DNA of 64,000 bases from Solirubrobacteraceae bacterium (GCA_050012835.1 JBEKGK010000002.1:1428-65427), one strand, 5' to 3'; positions 35,620 through 46,312 are shown, numbered from the stretch's first letter. Numbers and translations: made by a program. The notes: a model not told the origin generated them from the sequence alone.

Positions 35620-38196
35620 ATGCCTAAAGTCAACCCACACGCCGACAGCCACCGGTCCGCCAGAGCGCGGTCGGGCAGGTTGGTCTCGTGGATCGCCATC
35701 GGCGCGCTTCCCCTGATCCTCGCGCTGTCGCTCCCGCTGGCGGCAACCGCCACGCAGGGACGTCACGCACGTCCCGCAGCCCACAAGCGGCGCACTCACC
35801 GCGCGAGCGCCCCGACGCGCCGGACGCGCCCCCCGAAGCCGCGCGGCGCCTCCAACGGCTGTGCGAAGAGGTGCGCGCCGGCGGCCCGGGGCAGGACGCC
35901 GCGAAGTGAACCGTCGCCGCGGGCACCCACCCAGCCGCCCGCGCCGCCAGCCGGCGAATCCCCGCCCGTCAAACCGCAGGAACCCTCCAGATCCCGCCGC
36001 GAAGCCCTCGGTGAAGGGAACCTGCCGGCGGAAACGGGCGAAGTCGTGAACGACCCGATCGACCCGCGCTTCCTGACCGACGTGCCGTTCGGCACCAGCT
36101 CGTTCTGGCTACAGCCGTGGCGGGCCTATCTCGACACCTGGCCGGCGTCGCGGCTGCTCGACGGGCTGGGCATCAACTTCAACGCGGTCAGCCCCGAACT
36201 GGCCGAAGACACCGCCCAGCTCCTGCAGGACAGCGGCTTCAAGCTGGCGCGCAAGGAAATCCCTTGGGCCTCGCTCTCATACGCCGATCCGAGCGTCTTC
36301 CGCAACGAAGCGAAAATCCAGGCGGTGCTGAGCACGCTGCACAGGCACGGCCTGCGCCCGCTGATCGTGCTCAACGCCAACAGCCAGGACCCCGGACCCG
36401 CAAAGCACGTCAACCTGGAAACGGTCTCCGCCGCGCCCGCGGGCGCTCGCACGGTGAGCCTCACGGCAGCGAGCGCAGCGGAAGTCGTGCCGGGCAAGAC
36501 GGCCTTCAACGGCCTCACCTTCGCCGGCCCCGACATCCTCATAAGCTCCGTCGGCGCAGGCGACGTGGCGACCCTGTCAAAGCCTCTGCCCAGCGCTCTG
36601 CCGGCCGGGACCCATGGCGGCACCACGCTCCGCTACGCGCCGTTCGCCCGTCCGGTCCTCTCCAACGGAGAACCGAATCCGGCCTTCCAGGAAACGCTCG
36701 CCGGCTGGCTGAGCTACGTGGCGGCCGTGTGCAAAGAGGCCGCGAGCGTCGTGGGAGCGGAAGGCTACGACCTCGAGATCTGGAACGAGCTCGGCTTCGG
36801 CTCGCAGTTCCTGAACGCCGAGCACTATTACTCGCCGAGCGCCGAAGCCTCGCAACCCGCGGAAGCGCAGGAAGACACGCTGGGCGCGGAAAGCGGTGAA
36901 CCACAAACAGGCGGTGGCAGCGAAACGCAGACAGGCGCGGACGCCGAAACGCAGGCGGGCGAAGGCGCCGAAAGCGCACCGGAAGAACCGACCAAAAACG
37001 CGGTGACCAAACAGGTCATCAAAGCGCTGCTGCGCGAAACCGTCGCCTACGTTCGCAACCCGGCCAACGGCATCTCGCCCGGGGTCGGCATCACCGATGG
37101 CTTCGCCAGCCAGACCCCGTTTCCCTCTGGCGCGCACGCCCCGCTGGGCCTGACCGCGCTCAGCAAGCACCCCTATGCGGGCTTGAAGCGCTTTCCTGCG
37201 GAGTACAACCAGCGGAACATCGCCCCCATCGACGCACTCGGCGCGCGGGACACCCACGGCGGCACGCAGGCGCCGTTCATTCCCAGCTACGACTCGCTGT
37301 TCCCCGAGGTGACGCTCACCGCGACGCACACCGAGTCGCTGATCCGTGACATCGCCCCGCTCACGACCACCATCTATGGCTTCCCGCACGGCCGTGAAGT
37401 CGGACCGGCGGGCGGCAGCCCGGTGCAGAAGTGGATCACCGAGTACAACCTCGGCATCGGGCGCGCGACGCCGGTCGGCCCCGACGAGGTGACCCCCGCC
37501 TCGGGCCCATCCGCGATCCTCACCTCCGCCGACAGGGCCCACTTCCAAGCCAAGGTCGCGCTGCGAAGCCTGGTGGCGAATGTCAGCAAGGGCATCGAAC
37601 GGGAGTACTTCTACAGGGCCTCGCCCGGAGGGCTGAGCCTGATCAGCGAAGACTTCTTCGCGGCTGCCCGCGCCGATCCGGGCGTCTACCCGGGCGATGC
37701 GCTCGGCGGCGAAACCATGCGCGGCCTGCGCGGCCTGGTCGCGCAGTTCCAGGGCCCCGGCCCCGAAGGCGCAACGCGAGCGCTGACGTTGCTCTCGATC
37801 ACACAGAGCGGAGACCACGCGCAGTTCGCCGGCGACGGCACGGCCGCGCATCCACCGCTGTATGACCGCGACGTGCTGGCGGTGTTCCCGTTCCAGTCCT
37901 CTCCCACACGCTTCGTGATCCCCGTCTACGTGATGACGCGGGATCTGCTCACGCTCTACGAACCGGAAGCGCCGGCAACGGACGTCAACCGCTTCGACCT
38001 GCCCGACGAGACGTTCCGCATCACGCTCGGGAATCTGCCCGCAAGCGCGGTTCCGCCATCGGTGAGCGCGTACGATCCGCTGCGCGAAGAATCCACGCCG
38101 GCGCGACTCGTCTCACAGGAAGGCAGCACCGCCGTGTTCGAATTCGCGGCCACCGACTACCCGCGCATCCTCACCATCGCCTACCCGGCCGGCTAG
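35620..38196 (+). CDS. Large secreted protein, clan GH-A-like glycoside hydrolase
   Basis: Signal peptide; ARKEIPW, LEIWNEL (putative acid/base), SKHPY, KWITEYN (putative nucleophile). Confidence 0.68.
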   Translation: MPKVNPHADSHRSARARSGRLVSWIAIGALPLILALSLPLAATATQGRHARPAAHKRRTHRASAPTRRTRPPKPRGASNGCAKRCAPAARGRTPRSEPSPRAPTQPPAPPAGESPPVKPQEPSRSRREALGEGNLPAETGEVVNDPIDPRFLTDVPFGTSSFWLQPWRAYLDTWPASRLLDGLGINFNAVSPELAEDTAQLLQDSGFKLARKEIPWASLSYADPSVFRNEAKIQAVLSTLHRHGLRPLIVLNANSQDPGPAKHVNLETVSAAPAGARTVSLTAASAAEVVPGKTAFNGLTFAGPDILISSVGAGDVATLSKPLPSALPAGTHGGTTLRYAPFARPVLSNGEPNPAFQETLAGWLSYVAAVCKEAASVVGAEGYDLEIWNELGFGSQFLNAEHYYSPSAEASQPAEAQEDTLGAESGEPQTGGGSETQTGADAETQAGEGAESAPEEPTKNAVTKQVIKALLRETVAYVRNPANGISPGVGITDGFASQTPFPSGAHAPLGLTALSKHPYAGLKRFPAEYNQRNIAPIDALGARDTHGGTQAPFIPSYDSLFPEVTLTATHTESLIRDIAPLTTTIYGFPHGREVGPAGGSPVQKWITEYNLGIGRATPVGPDEVTPASGPSAILTSADRAHFQAKVALRSLVANVSKGIEREYFYRASPGGLSLISEDFFAAARADPGVYPGDALGGETMRGLRGLVAQFQGPGPEGATRALTLLSITQSGDHAQFAGDGTAAHPPLYDRDVLAVFPFQSSPTRFVIPVYVMTRDLLTLYEPEAPATDVNRFDLPDETFRITLGNLPASAVPPSVSAYDPLREESTPARLVSQEGSTAVFEFAATDYPRILTIAYPAG

Positions 38197-38234
38197 CCCC
38201 GAGTACGCACGCACACGGTCGACCGCGCCGCCGG

Positions 38235-38972
38235 CTAACGCTGAGTCGCCGGCCGCGCCAGCCAGTTGACGATACGCGTGGCTCCGGTGAAAGCGGAGCG
38301 CGTGAAAGGCCCGTCGCCGGTCACCGAGAAGATCGTGTAGCCCAGCTCCGTGAGCAGGTCCCACAGCGCCTCCGGCGCCGCCTCGTAGAGGGCCGCTGCT
38401 GCCGCCACATGCTCGAAGATCACCAGCGGCCGCGCCCGCGTGAGCAGGGATCGACCGCCTTCGAGCACCGCGAGCTCGGCCCCCTCGACATCGATCTTGA
38501 TGACGCTTGGCGTCACGCCGTCAAGCTCCGCGTCGAGCGTCGACACCTTCACCGTGATGTACTGCGGCGCACCCTGCTCGTCGCTGACCTCCGGGCTTCG
38601 TCGCAGCCCGCTCCAGCCATCGCGCCGCGTGAAGTGACAGAACTGCGCGGTCTCCTGGCGTGCCCCCAACGCCATCTGACGGCAGTCGATCGCCGGAAAC
38701 GCACGGGTCAGCTCGAGTGCCAGCTCTGGAATGGGCTCGAATGCGATGTGTCGTGCCTGCGGTGCGATCCGCACCGCCTCGCGCAGGACCTGGCCCCGGT
38801 TGCAGCCGACGTCTACGTACGTCGCATCGTCATCGAGGCTGCACGCGAGGACAGCGCTGATGGCGACCGCCTCATGCTGCGCCTGGAGCATTCCCTTGTC
38901 AACGGCCGCCAGCAGCTCCGGGCGCCCGAGACGCCGCGAGAGTATGCCGGTCGCCCGCTTCAGGATGCGCAT
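38235..38972 (-). CDS. FkbM family methyltransferase
   Basis: YVDVGCNRG, AFEPIP, IKIDVEGAELAVLEG, PLVIFE. Confidence 0.92.
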   Translation of the reverse strand: MRILKRATGILSRRLGRPELLAAVDKGMLQAQHEAVAISAVLACSLDDDATYVDVGCNRGQVLREAVRIAPQARHIAFEPIPELALELTRAFPAIDCRQMALGARQETAQFCHFTRRDGWSGLRRSPEVSDEQGAPQYITVKVSTLDAELDGVTPSVIKIDVEGAELAVLEGGRSLLTRARPLVIFEHVAAAAALYEAAPEALWDLLTELGYTIFSVTGDGPFTRSAFTGATRIVNWLARPATQR

Positions 38973-39883
38973 CGTGGCTGCATGCGCGAGAGGACAGGCC
39001 CCCACGGGAGCTGCAGCAACGTCGTTATACGCGAGCCGCGGACCGGCGTCACCGGCTTGGCCTTGACGGTCACCTCATCCGACCACAGCAGCGGATTGCC
39101 CTGAATCGCAAGGCCCGTCTTGAGCGAGCCGAAATCCGGAAGCGGCGCGGAGGATTCGACGTGCTCGAGGATCTGGCGCACCACGCCTTCGGGGTCGGCG
39201 ACGAAGTCCTCGTGGCGCAGGAACAGCCGGCGATCAGGCCGCTGACGGAGAAAGACCGATACGGAGAGGATGTGCGTCAGCCACAGATCGGCGTTCTTCG
39301 TGATGACGCGCAGCAGCCGCTCGGTGGACGCGTGGCGGTTGACCGGCTTGAGGTAGGACCCGATCACACCCTGCGGGTTGCGCACCAGGAACACGAGGTA
39401 CAGGTCGATGCCAGTGACCCTCTGCAGCTCGCGTGCACGCAGTGGAAAGTGCGAGGTATCGATCACGTGGGTGGCACCCGCCACCCCCGCCACCGCACGA
39501 TAGAGCTCTTCCGAAACCTGACGGTAGCGCTTGCGCAGGCGGCGCCGCGTAGACCATCTGCGCGGCTTGAGCACGGAAGCCGAGCGCTCCAGAGCGTCGC
39601 GCACATCGGCGCCGAACAGATCGTCAGCCCCCTGAACGCGCTCACTCACGCTCCGCCAGAAGCGCGTCCTCTCCAAGCCTCCGAACTTGGGGACGCCCGA
39701 CCTCAGCATCCACTCCTCGAGCTCGCCTGCGTAAAAGAACTTCTCACAATTTCCAAGTGTGACACCGAGAATCGTGCTGCCGCTGTGACCCGCTCCCATG
39801 ACGTACACAACCTTCGGCTTCTCACCCGGCCCGGGAGACGGGAGCGCGGACGCGGTTGACTGTGCTGTCGATGACCCTGTCAT
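38960..39883 (-). CDS. Sulfotransferase, distinct subfamily
   Basis: VVYVMGAGHSGSTIL, VIDTSH, FLVRNPQGVIGS, RHEDFVADP. Confidence 0.85.
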   Translation of the reverse strand: MTGSSTAQSTASALPSPGPGEKPKVVYVMGAGHSGSTILGVTLGNCEKFFYAGELEEWMLRSGVPKFGGLERTRFWRSVSERVQGADDLFGADVRDALERSASVLKPRRWSTRRRLRKRYRQVSEELYRAVAGVAGATHVIDTSHFPLRARELQRVTGIDLYLVFLVRNPQGVIGSYLKPVNRHASTERLLRVITKNADLWLTHILSVSVFLRQRPDRRLFLRHEDFVADPEGVVRQILEHVESSAPLPDFGSLKTGLAIQGNPLLWSDEVTVKAKPVTPVRGSRITTLLQLPWGPVLSRMQPRCAS

Positions 39884-39894
39884 GGCGCTGGAGT

Positions 39895-40893
39895 TTAGCG
39901 GAACAGCGACTGGCGGGGAAGGCGAGCCCTGACCGCATTGGAGGCACCCGAGCGCAGCCGTGACCAATCCATCATCGACGCGAGCAGCAGCTCCAGGCCA
40001 CCTCGTACCCGGTGCCCATTCACCATGTTCGTCGCCCCCACTCTGTAGTAATACATGCCCCACACCTTCCGCCGGCGTCTGAGCCGCGTCCAGGCGGAGG
40101 CCGAAGCCAGCTGAGCGGCGAACTCCTCGGGCCCGATCGGATCCCGGCCGGTGGCGCGCCTTCGCTGGTTCTCCGTCAGGCGCAAGACACCCTGACGCTG
40201 ATCCCAGAAGCGAGCGAGCTGCACCGAGCCGGCGCGCTTACGGTAATACACCAGTGGCTCGGCCAGGTTGATCACGACCCCCAGCTCGGCCATCCGGCAG
40301 AAGAAGTCGAAGTCGTCTGCCGCCCCGTACTCGGTCGTGTAACCGCCAACCGTCGTGAAGTCCGCGCGGGAGAACAGCACCGATGAATGGATCACGAAGA
40401 ACAGCCGCCCCTTCTGCCTGAGCGCGTTGTAGTCCTGCTCGCTCGTCGGTCCCATGACCGCGGGGGATATGACCGCCTTCGCGTCGTTCATGTTGTAGCC
40501 ATGCGTGCCGAGCAGGGCGATTCGCCGGCTTCCGTGCCAGTCGCGGATGAAGGCGATCTGTCGCTCCAGCTTGGTGGGAGCCCAAACGTCGTCGGAGTCG
40601 CAGGTCGCGATCCAGTCGCCGCTGGCAACCGCGATGCCCTGGTTGCGCGCGGCCACGACCCCTGAGCGGGACGCGAGGCGGACATAGCGAACGTTCACGC
40701 CGCCAGCGCGCTCGGCTGCGAACTCGCGTACGAACTGCTCGGTGCCATCGTCGGAGCCGTCGTCGCAGACCACGATCTCCGCTGGAGGCTGCGTCTGGCC
40801 GACGATCGACTCGAGCGCGTCGCCGATGCGCCCGACGTCGTTGAAGCTCGGAACGACCACGGAGATCGACTCTGGATCCGGTACAGCGCTCAT
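39895..40893 (-). CDS. GT2 glycosyltransferase
   Basis: SVVVPSFN, VVCDDGSDD, ARNQGI, CDSDDVW, DDFDF. Confidence 0.94.
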   Translation of the reverse strand: MSAVPDPESISVVVPSFNDVGRIGDALESIVGQTQPPAEIVVCDDGSDDGTEQFVREFAAERAGGVNVRYVRLASRSGVVAARNQGIAVASGDWIATCDSDDVWAPTKLERQIAFIRDWHGSRRIALLGTHGYNMNDAKAVISPAVMGPTSEQDYNALRQKGRLFFVIHSSVLFSRADFTTVGGYTTEYGAADDFDFFCRMAELGVVINLAEPLVYYRKRAGSVQLARFWDQRQGVLRLTENQRRRATGRDPIGPEEFAAQLASASAWTRLRRRRKVWGMYYYRVGATNMVNGHRVRGGLELLLASMMDWSRLRSGASNAVRARLPRQSLFR

Positions 40894-40941
40894 CGGCGGC
40901 GTTCCCTGATCTCGTGCGGCACGCGCGCGTCCACCGGATGC

Positions 40942-41895
40942 TCAGTCGATCGCGTCATAGCCCCACAGCTTGACGAGGTCGCGACCCATGTATTCGCTCA
41001 GTGCGAGCACCTCCGGCTTGAAGCGCCGGCGCAACTCGATCATCAAGCTTTCATCCGGCGGTCGGGGGCTGCCATAGATGAAGCGATCCCGGATCGCCAC
41101 GGCCGACTCGCGACTCATCCCGCGCGGCGCGAGCACCTTGGCCGCCCTCTGCACCGCTCGCGGCAGCGGGCCGTCGCCGGCGGCCACGGCGTGCGCCAGC
41201 GCGTACAGACGTCGCGAGCGCACGCGGACCGTCGGATTGGCATCTGCCACGAGCACCGGTCCGGAGTCGTCCACCTCGAGGAAGCGCTGCACCTCGCGCA
41301 CAGTCGCCTCGTTGTCGCGGCGAAAATCCTCGTATATGAGCACCTTCACCTGCTCTGGTGGGAATCGGGCGTGGTAACGGCGCAGCTGCTCTACATACCG
41401 AACGTGCTCTGAATACATGGTCGCCTGCGGCCAGTACTGATTGCCCGGCAGACGCCTGCCTTGACGCCTGTCCTCTTCGAGTGCGATCGCCTTTCGCAGA
41501 TCCTTCTCCGGCTCCAGATGAACCTGCACGAATTGAAAATGGAGCGAGCGCAGGAAGCTCGCGGGCTCTCTCAGGACTGCCACGATGCGCGCGGAGGGCT
41601 GCGCTTCTGCGATCCGGTCCGCGGCGGTGCGCGACCACAGATACAGACATGATGCCTCGCCGATGAACTGCTCCGGCGCCGCCGCATCGAACAGCGACAT
41701 GTACTCCTCGAGCGAGCTCGGAGTCGTGCCGGTGCCGACGGCTCGTGGCGGGGTGGGAGGATGCAGCTCATCCGCGAAGAACCACGGCTCCTTGACCGGC
41801 ATGTACAGCTGCGGGTGGCGCCTGAGCATGCTGTACAGGGCGGTGGTGCCGCTCTTTGCATGCCCGACGATGAAGAAGTCGGGGACTCTCTTCAT
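40942..41895 (-). CDS. PAPS-dependent sulfotransferase
   Basis: PDFFIVGHAKSGTT, KEPWFF, VLREPASFLRS, LWGYD. Confidence 0.92.
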   Translation of the reverse strand: MKRVPDFFIVGHAKSGTTALYSMLRRHPQLYMPVKEPWFFADELHPPTPPRAVGTGTTPSSLEEYMSLFDAAAPEQFIGEASCLYLWSRTAADRIAEAQPSARIVAVLREPASFLRSLHFQFVQVHLEPEKDLRKAIALEEDRRQGRRLPGNQYWPQATMYSEHVRYVEQLRRYHARFPPEQVKVLIYEDFRRDNEATVREVQRFLEVDDSGPVLVADANPTVRVRSRRLYALAHAVAAGDGPLPRAVQRAAKVLAPRGMSRESAVAIRDRFIYGSPRPPDESLMIELRRRFKPEVLALSEYMGRDLVKLWGYDAID

Positions 41896-42177
41896 TGAGC
41901 AGATGCGGATCGCCGAAGACGACGCGGTGCCGGATCGTCCAGGCTCTGTGCGGACGCGCAGACCGTCGGGCCGACCTCCGTCGCGACGATTGGAAACGCG
42001 TGATACACGTCAGGGAAGCCTAGCATCTCGCAATCCCTGTCAAGCGTCCGCCGATGCCTGTGCGCAGGCCTCCACGCAAGGGCCGTCCGATACCATTGTC
42101 GCTCGCACGATCGGCGATGATCGTCTTGGGCCTGACCTGTACTCGGCAAACACGACCACCACAGGACGAGAATATCG

Positions 42178-43368
42178 ATGAAGCCGAGCTCGGTGCTATT
42201 CGTAACTCCGCGATGGTCCAGAGATGGTGGAGTGGGCACGCACGTGGTCGCGAGTGCCGTCCTGCTGGCTGACCAGGGGATACATGTTCAGGTGCTCGCC
42301 GCGCGGATCGAATCGGACGAGCGCGTGCCCGGGCTGACGCTCTTGCACAGCCCCGAGCTCTTCAGGGCCAACGCGTCAATGGACGCGCGACTCGGCGAGG
42401 CTCAATCCTCGCAACCAGATCTGATTCACATTCACCAGGTCGACGATCCCGAGATCGTCACCGCCCTCAGGACGAAGGCGCCGGTCGTGATCAGCGCGCA
42501 TGGATACACGGCGTGCACATCCGGCGTTCATTACTTTCGTGCCGGTCACGAATGCGATCGACCCCATGGAGCGGGATGCGTGCCGAACCTCCTGGCACGA
42601 GGCTGCGCGCACACGCGCAGGCCGAACACGCTGCCTGCGAAATACAGGCAGGCCACTCGCGGTCTGCAGGCGTTGGGACGCGCTGACCTGGCCGTCTCAT
42701 ATTCGAGCGCCGTCGACAGGCACCTCGCTGCCAATGGCGTGGCTCGCCGCGCGGTGGTCCCCTATTTCCCGACTATGTCTGCGAAGAGCGGGACCGGACA
42801 CGCGACCCGCCGGCGCGTCGTGTTCGCCGGCCGTGTGGTCGCTCCCAAGGGGGTCAGCGTCCTGATCCGCGCTGCACGTGAGGTCGATGCCGAGTTTGTC
42901 GTATGTGGGGACGGCTGGCAGCTGGAGAGAATGCGCAGGCTGGCGCGGCGCCTGGGGGTGGCGAGTCGGATTCGCTTCACCGGATGGCTCGGGGCGGATG
43001 CGCTCGGCGAGGAGCTGGCGAACGCGTCGGTCGTGGTCGTTCCGTCACTGTGGCCCGAGCCGTTCGGGCTGGTCGGTATCGAGGCGTTCGCGGCCGGCCG
43101 CCCGGTCATCGCCAGCGCCACGGGGGGGATTACCGACTGGCTGGAGGACGGCGTGAGCGGACTGACGGTGAAGCCTGGTGACCCCGCCGGACTCGCGCGC
43201 GCACTCGAGCAGATGCTCGCCGATCCCGCAAGACAGCAGGCGATGGGCCTCGCGGGCAGCATGGCCGTGGCGGCTCGCTTCTCCCCGGAGCGGCATCTCG
43301 CGGCGCTGCTGGACGGCTATCAGCGCGCGCAAGCGACCTGGCTGCAGAGAGGCGCCACGACGACCTAG
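42178..43368 (+). CDS. GT4 glycosyltransferase
   Basis: GGVGTH, GRVVAPKG, WPEPFGLVGIEAFAAGRPV. Confidence 0.92.
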   Translation: MKPSSVLFVTPRWSRDGGVGTHVVASAVLLADQGIHVQVLAARIESDERVPGLTLLHSPELFRANASMDARLGEAQSSQPDLIHIHQVDDPEIVTALRTKAPVVISAHGYTACTSGVHYFRAGHECDRPHGAGCVPNLLARGCAHTRRPNTLPAKYRQATRGLQALGRADLAVSYSSAVDRHLAANGVARRAVVPYFPTMSAKSGTGHATRRRVVFAGRVVAPKGVSVLIRAAREVDAEFVVCGDGWQLERMRRLARRLGVASRIRFTGWLGADALGEELANASVVVVPSLWPEPFGLVGIEAFAAGRPVIASATGGITDWLEDGVSGLTVKPGDPAGLARALEQMLADPARQQAMGLAGSMAVAARFSPERHLAALLDGYQRAQATWLQRGATTT

Positions 43369-43412
43369 CGCCGGCCGCCCGGCTCGACAGACGGAGCCGG
43401 GCGTGTTCTCCG

Positions 43413-44027
43413 ATGCAATATGCTTGGCACGTGCGTGCGCGGCGTAGAAAATGGCTTGCGTGGGCTCTCATCGCTGTCGGTAGAAGCAGTGGACGTCTCC
43501 CTCGACTGATGGGCTGGTACTCCTTCCGCAGGATGCTTGGCCCGCAGGGCCGGCGAACCGCGTGGTGTCTGCTCGGCGCCAGCATCGCCGAGACGGCCAG
43601 GGTCGGCCCTCGAGTTTGGATGCGAAACCCGCGCAACGTCAGCATCGGCGCTGGATCGCGGATAGGGGGACGGGTCTGGATCGACTCGTGGGGAAAGATC
43701 ACGATCGGAAGCAACGTGCTCATGAACGGTGAGATCGACCTGCTCTCGACGCAGCATCTGATCGATCACCCACGCCTCAAGGGAGAGAGGCTCTCGATAT
43801 CGATCGGCGACTACGTGTGGCTCCCGTGGAAAATCATTGTCATGCCGGGTGTCAAGATTGGCAATTACGCCGTAATCGGCACAGGCTCGGTTGTCACCCA
43901 TGACGTTCCCGACTACGGCGTCGCCGTCGGGAATCCGGCACGGGTCGTCCGGGAGCGTGCGCGCATCGAGTACACCTACAGTGCCACCGACATCGAAGCC
44001 CCGGCCGCGGCGCGCGGACCTAGCTGA
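43413..44027 (+). CDS. LbH acyltransferase (WcaF/maltose O-acetyltransferase-like)
   Basis: Hexapeptide repeats, IGDYVWL, VVTHDVP, VGNPARVV. Confidence 0.88.
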   Translation: MQYAWHVRARRRKWLAWALIAVGRSSGRLPRLMGWYSFRRMLGPQGRRTAWCLLGASIAETARVGPRVWMRNPRNVSIGAGSRIGGRVWIDSWGKITIGSNVLMNGEIDLLSTQHLIDHPRLKGERLSISIGDYVWLPWKIIVMPGVKIGNYAVIGTGSVVTHDVPDYGVAVGNPARVVRERARIEYTYSATDIEAPAAARGPS

Positions 44028-45141
44028 GCTCATCGAGCAGTGTGCGCAGCACCTGCGCGGTCCGTGCCACGCCCATCCTCTGCTCGGCGAACGCTCGGCC
44101 TCGTGCGCCGAGCGCCTCACGCATGCCTTCGTCGGCGAGCAGCTCGGCGACCGCGCCCGCGAGCGCGCGCGACGTCGGCTCCACCACACGGATCGCCCCA
44201 GACTCGACGAGCTCGGACCACCCGCGAGGACCATCTATGGCCACGACGGGACTGCCGGACGCGAGCGACGCGGCGAGGGTGCCCTTGCGCGAGGAGGGGC
44301 CTGGCGTGAACGCGGACAGCAGGACGTCGCAGCCGGCGAGCGCGTCGGAGAGCTCCTGCGCCGACAGCGTGCCCGAGAACGACAGCCTGTGCTCGACGTC
44401 GCGTGTCCGCGCTGCCTGTAGCCACGCCTGACCGGCGGTGGACGCGCGCCCACCTGACCCGAGCAGCCGCAACTGCACATCGAGTCCTCGCTGCGCCAGC
44501 TCATGCACCGCGTCCAGCACGAGCGACGTCTCAGCGCCCTGGTAGGAGTAGCCGAACAGGCCGATGACGCGGGCAGGCGCATCTCGCCGCGGTCGCGCGC
44601 TCGGCGCCGGCAGGTTCGAGAACACGGGGGCAAAGGCGACTGGGCGCTGCGGCAGCCACGGCCGCGAAGCGAGCCACCGAGCCCTGATGTCGGTGGTGAC
44701 GAGGACCGCGGCGGAGGTGCGCATCACGTCGATCAGCGCCACTCGCTGGGTCAACGCCCACACATTGCCACGCCAGCCCCCGTACATCCACGCATACGCG
44801 AACTCGTGCAGGACCACCACGACGGGAATGCGCGTGCTCTGCAAGGCGGACAGGACGGGACGAACGAAGATCGGAAGCCCACGATGCGAGTAGGAGAACA
44901 CCGAGTAATGCAGCACGACGGCGTCCGGGCGGCTGCTCTGGAGCTCGGCGGCGAGCTCGTGCGTCCACGCGCGGAACTCCGAGCGCGACGCCGCCCGCGA
45001 GGACTGGCTGCGGCGCATCCACAGCATCGAGCATGACACGTCTTCACTGGTCAGTGCATCGGCGAGCAACGTCGCGTGATCGCGCACGCCGCAGATCTCA
45101 CTCACGGACACGCCCACCACGGCGACCCGCTTCTCAGCCAC
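44020..45141 (-). CDS. GT4-like glycosyltransferase
   Basis: CGVRDH, VVLHE, SSRKGTLAASLASGSPVV. Confidence 0.8.
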   Translation of the reverse strand: MAEKRVAVVGVSVSEICGVRDHATLLADALTSEDVSCSMLWMRRSQSSRAASRSEFRAWTHELAAELQSSRPDAVVLHYSVFSYSHRGLPIFVRPVLSALQSTRIPVVVVLHEFAYAWMYGGWRGNVWALTQRVALIDVMRTSAAVLVTTDIRARWLASRPWLPQRPVAFAPVFSNLPAPSARPRRDAPARVIGLFGYSYQGAETSLVLDAVHELAQRGLDVQLRLLGSGGRASTAGQAWLQAARTRDVEHRLSFSGTLSAQELSDALAGCDVLLSAFTPGPSSRKGTLAASLASGSPVVAIDGPRGWSELVESGAIRVVEPTSRALAGAVAELLADEGMREALGARGRAFAEQRMGVARTAQVLRTLLDELS

Positions 45142-46312
45142 CGAGGATCTCCCCGCGATATGCGCTCTCGATCGCTTCCGTCAGCGTCGAGAGCTCGCCC
45201 GTCGGCAGGATCAGGCCATTTGTGCCCGGATCGACCAGATCCTTCATGCCCGTGTCCTCGCTGACGAGAACGGGGACGCCGCACGCCAGGGCCTCGGCGG
45301 GAGCGTAGGCGAACCCGTCCTCGTAGGCCGCGTGAACACAGAGTCGCGCGCGGAGCAGGTGCGGAAGCGGATCGCCCGGGCTGACCTCGATGCGCCCGTC
45401 CTCGGCGCATGCCCGCTGCAGGAAGCGTCGCATCCCGCGTGTTTTCCATCCTCCGACGAGCACCAGCCGCAGGTCCGCATCGGCGAGACGACGGAAGGCG
45501 TCCACCAGCAGCGGCACACCCTTGTGGACCGTCAGCCCCCCCACGTACACGATCTCGAAGGTGTCCGGGCTCGGCTGGCGGGCACCGGGCGCATAGCGCG
45601 GAGCCGGGGTCAGCGGGAAGGTCGAGATCATCTCCTGCGCGAACCCCTCCTCCAGAAAGGACTCGCGCACGTAACGGGAGGCCACGTAGATGCGCTGCGC
45701 CTGCGCGTACTCGAGCAGATTGCGCTCGAGCAGGCGAGTGCTCCACGGTCGTTCCAGCGGGTACTGGCGGTGAGCGAGAGCATGCTGGCGGATGACACGA
45801 CGGAAGTGCGAGTTCGCGGACATCAGCGCGATCGACCCCGAGATCTTCGATCGTGCCGCTGCAAACTGCGCCAGCGAGGTGCCGTTGAAGCCGATCAGGT
45901 GATCGGCGGCGGGTAGCCTGCGCGCGGCCTGGGCGTCGAAGCTCACGCTCGCGCTCCAGATTCGCCAGGCTGGAGAGAAGCGACCGAGTGGCGCGAGCGC
46001 GGCGGCGAGTGCTGCCGTGAGCGCCGGTGTGAGTGCTGGTGCGCGCGAGGCGCCGCGCGCAGGCGGCGGGTCGTTCTCGTCTGGCGTTTCGCAGATCACG
46101 ACTCGCGGCTGCTTGCGACGATCGAGCGCGTCGATGATCTCCTGCAGGTGGCGCCCGAGGCCGCCGCCCCCGAACGGCGCCGGGCACGACACGACCACTC
46201 GACCGGACGGCATGACCGCCTCCTGGGCGCTCGCAGCCTGCGCGCGCCACGACGCATCCAGCGGTATTTCGGGCTTTCCCGTGGGCGTCGGTGAGTCAGC
46301 CCAGACCGTCAT
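45134..46312 (-). CDS. GT4 glycosyltransferase
   Basis: HKGVPLLVDAF, EDGFAYAPAEALACGVPV; ATG overlaps the upstream sulfotransferase by 17 nt. Confidence 0.88.
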   Translation of the reverse strand: MTVWADSPTPTGKPEIPLDASWRAQAASAQEAVMPSGRVVVSCPAPFGGGGLGRHLQEIIDALDRRKQPRVVICETPDENDPPPARGASRAPALTPALTAALAAALAPLGRFSPAWRIWSASVSFDAQAARRLPAADHLIGFNGTSLAQFAAARSKISGSIALMSANSHFRRVIRQHALAHRQYPLERPWSTRLLERNLLEYAQAQRIYVASRYVRESFLEEGFAQEMISTFPLTPAPRYAPGARQPSPDTFEIVYVGGLTVHKGVPLLVDAFRRLADADLRLVLVGGWKTRGMRRFLQRACAEDGRIEVSPGDPLPHLLRARLCVHAAYEDGFAYAPAEALACGVPVLVSEDTGMKDLVDPGTNGLILPTGELSTLTEAIESAYRGEILGG

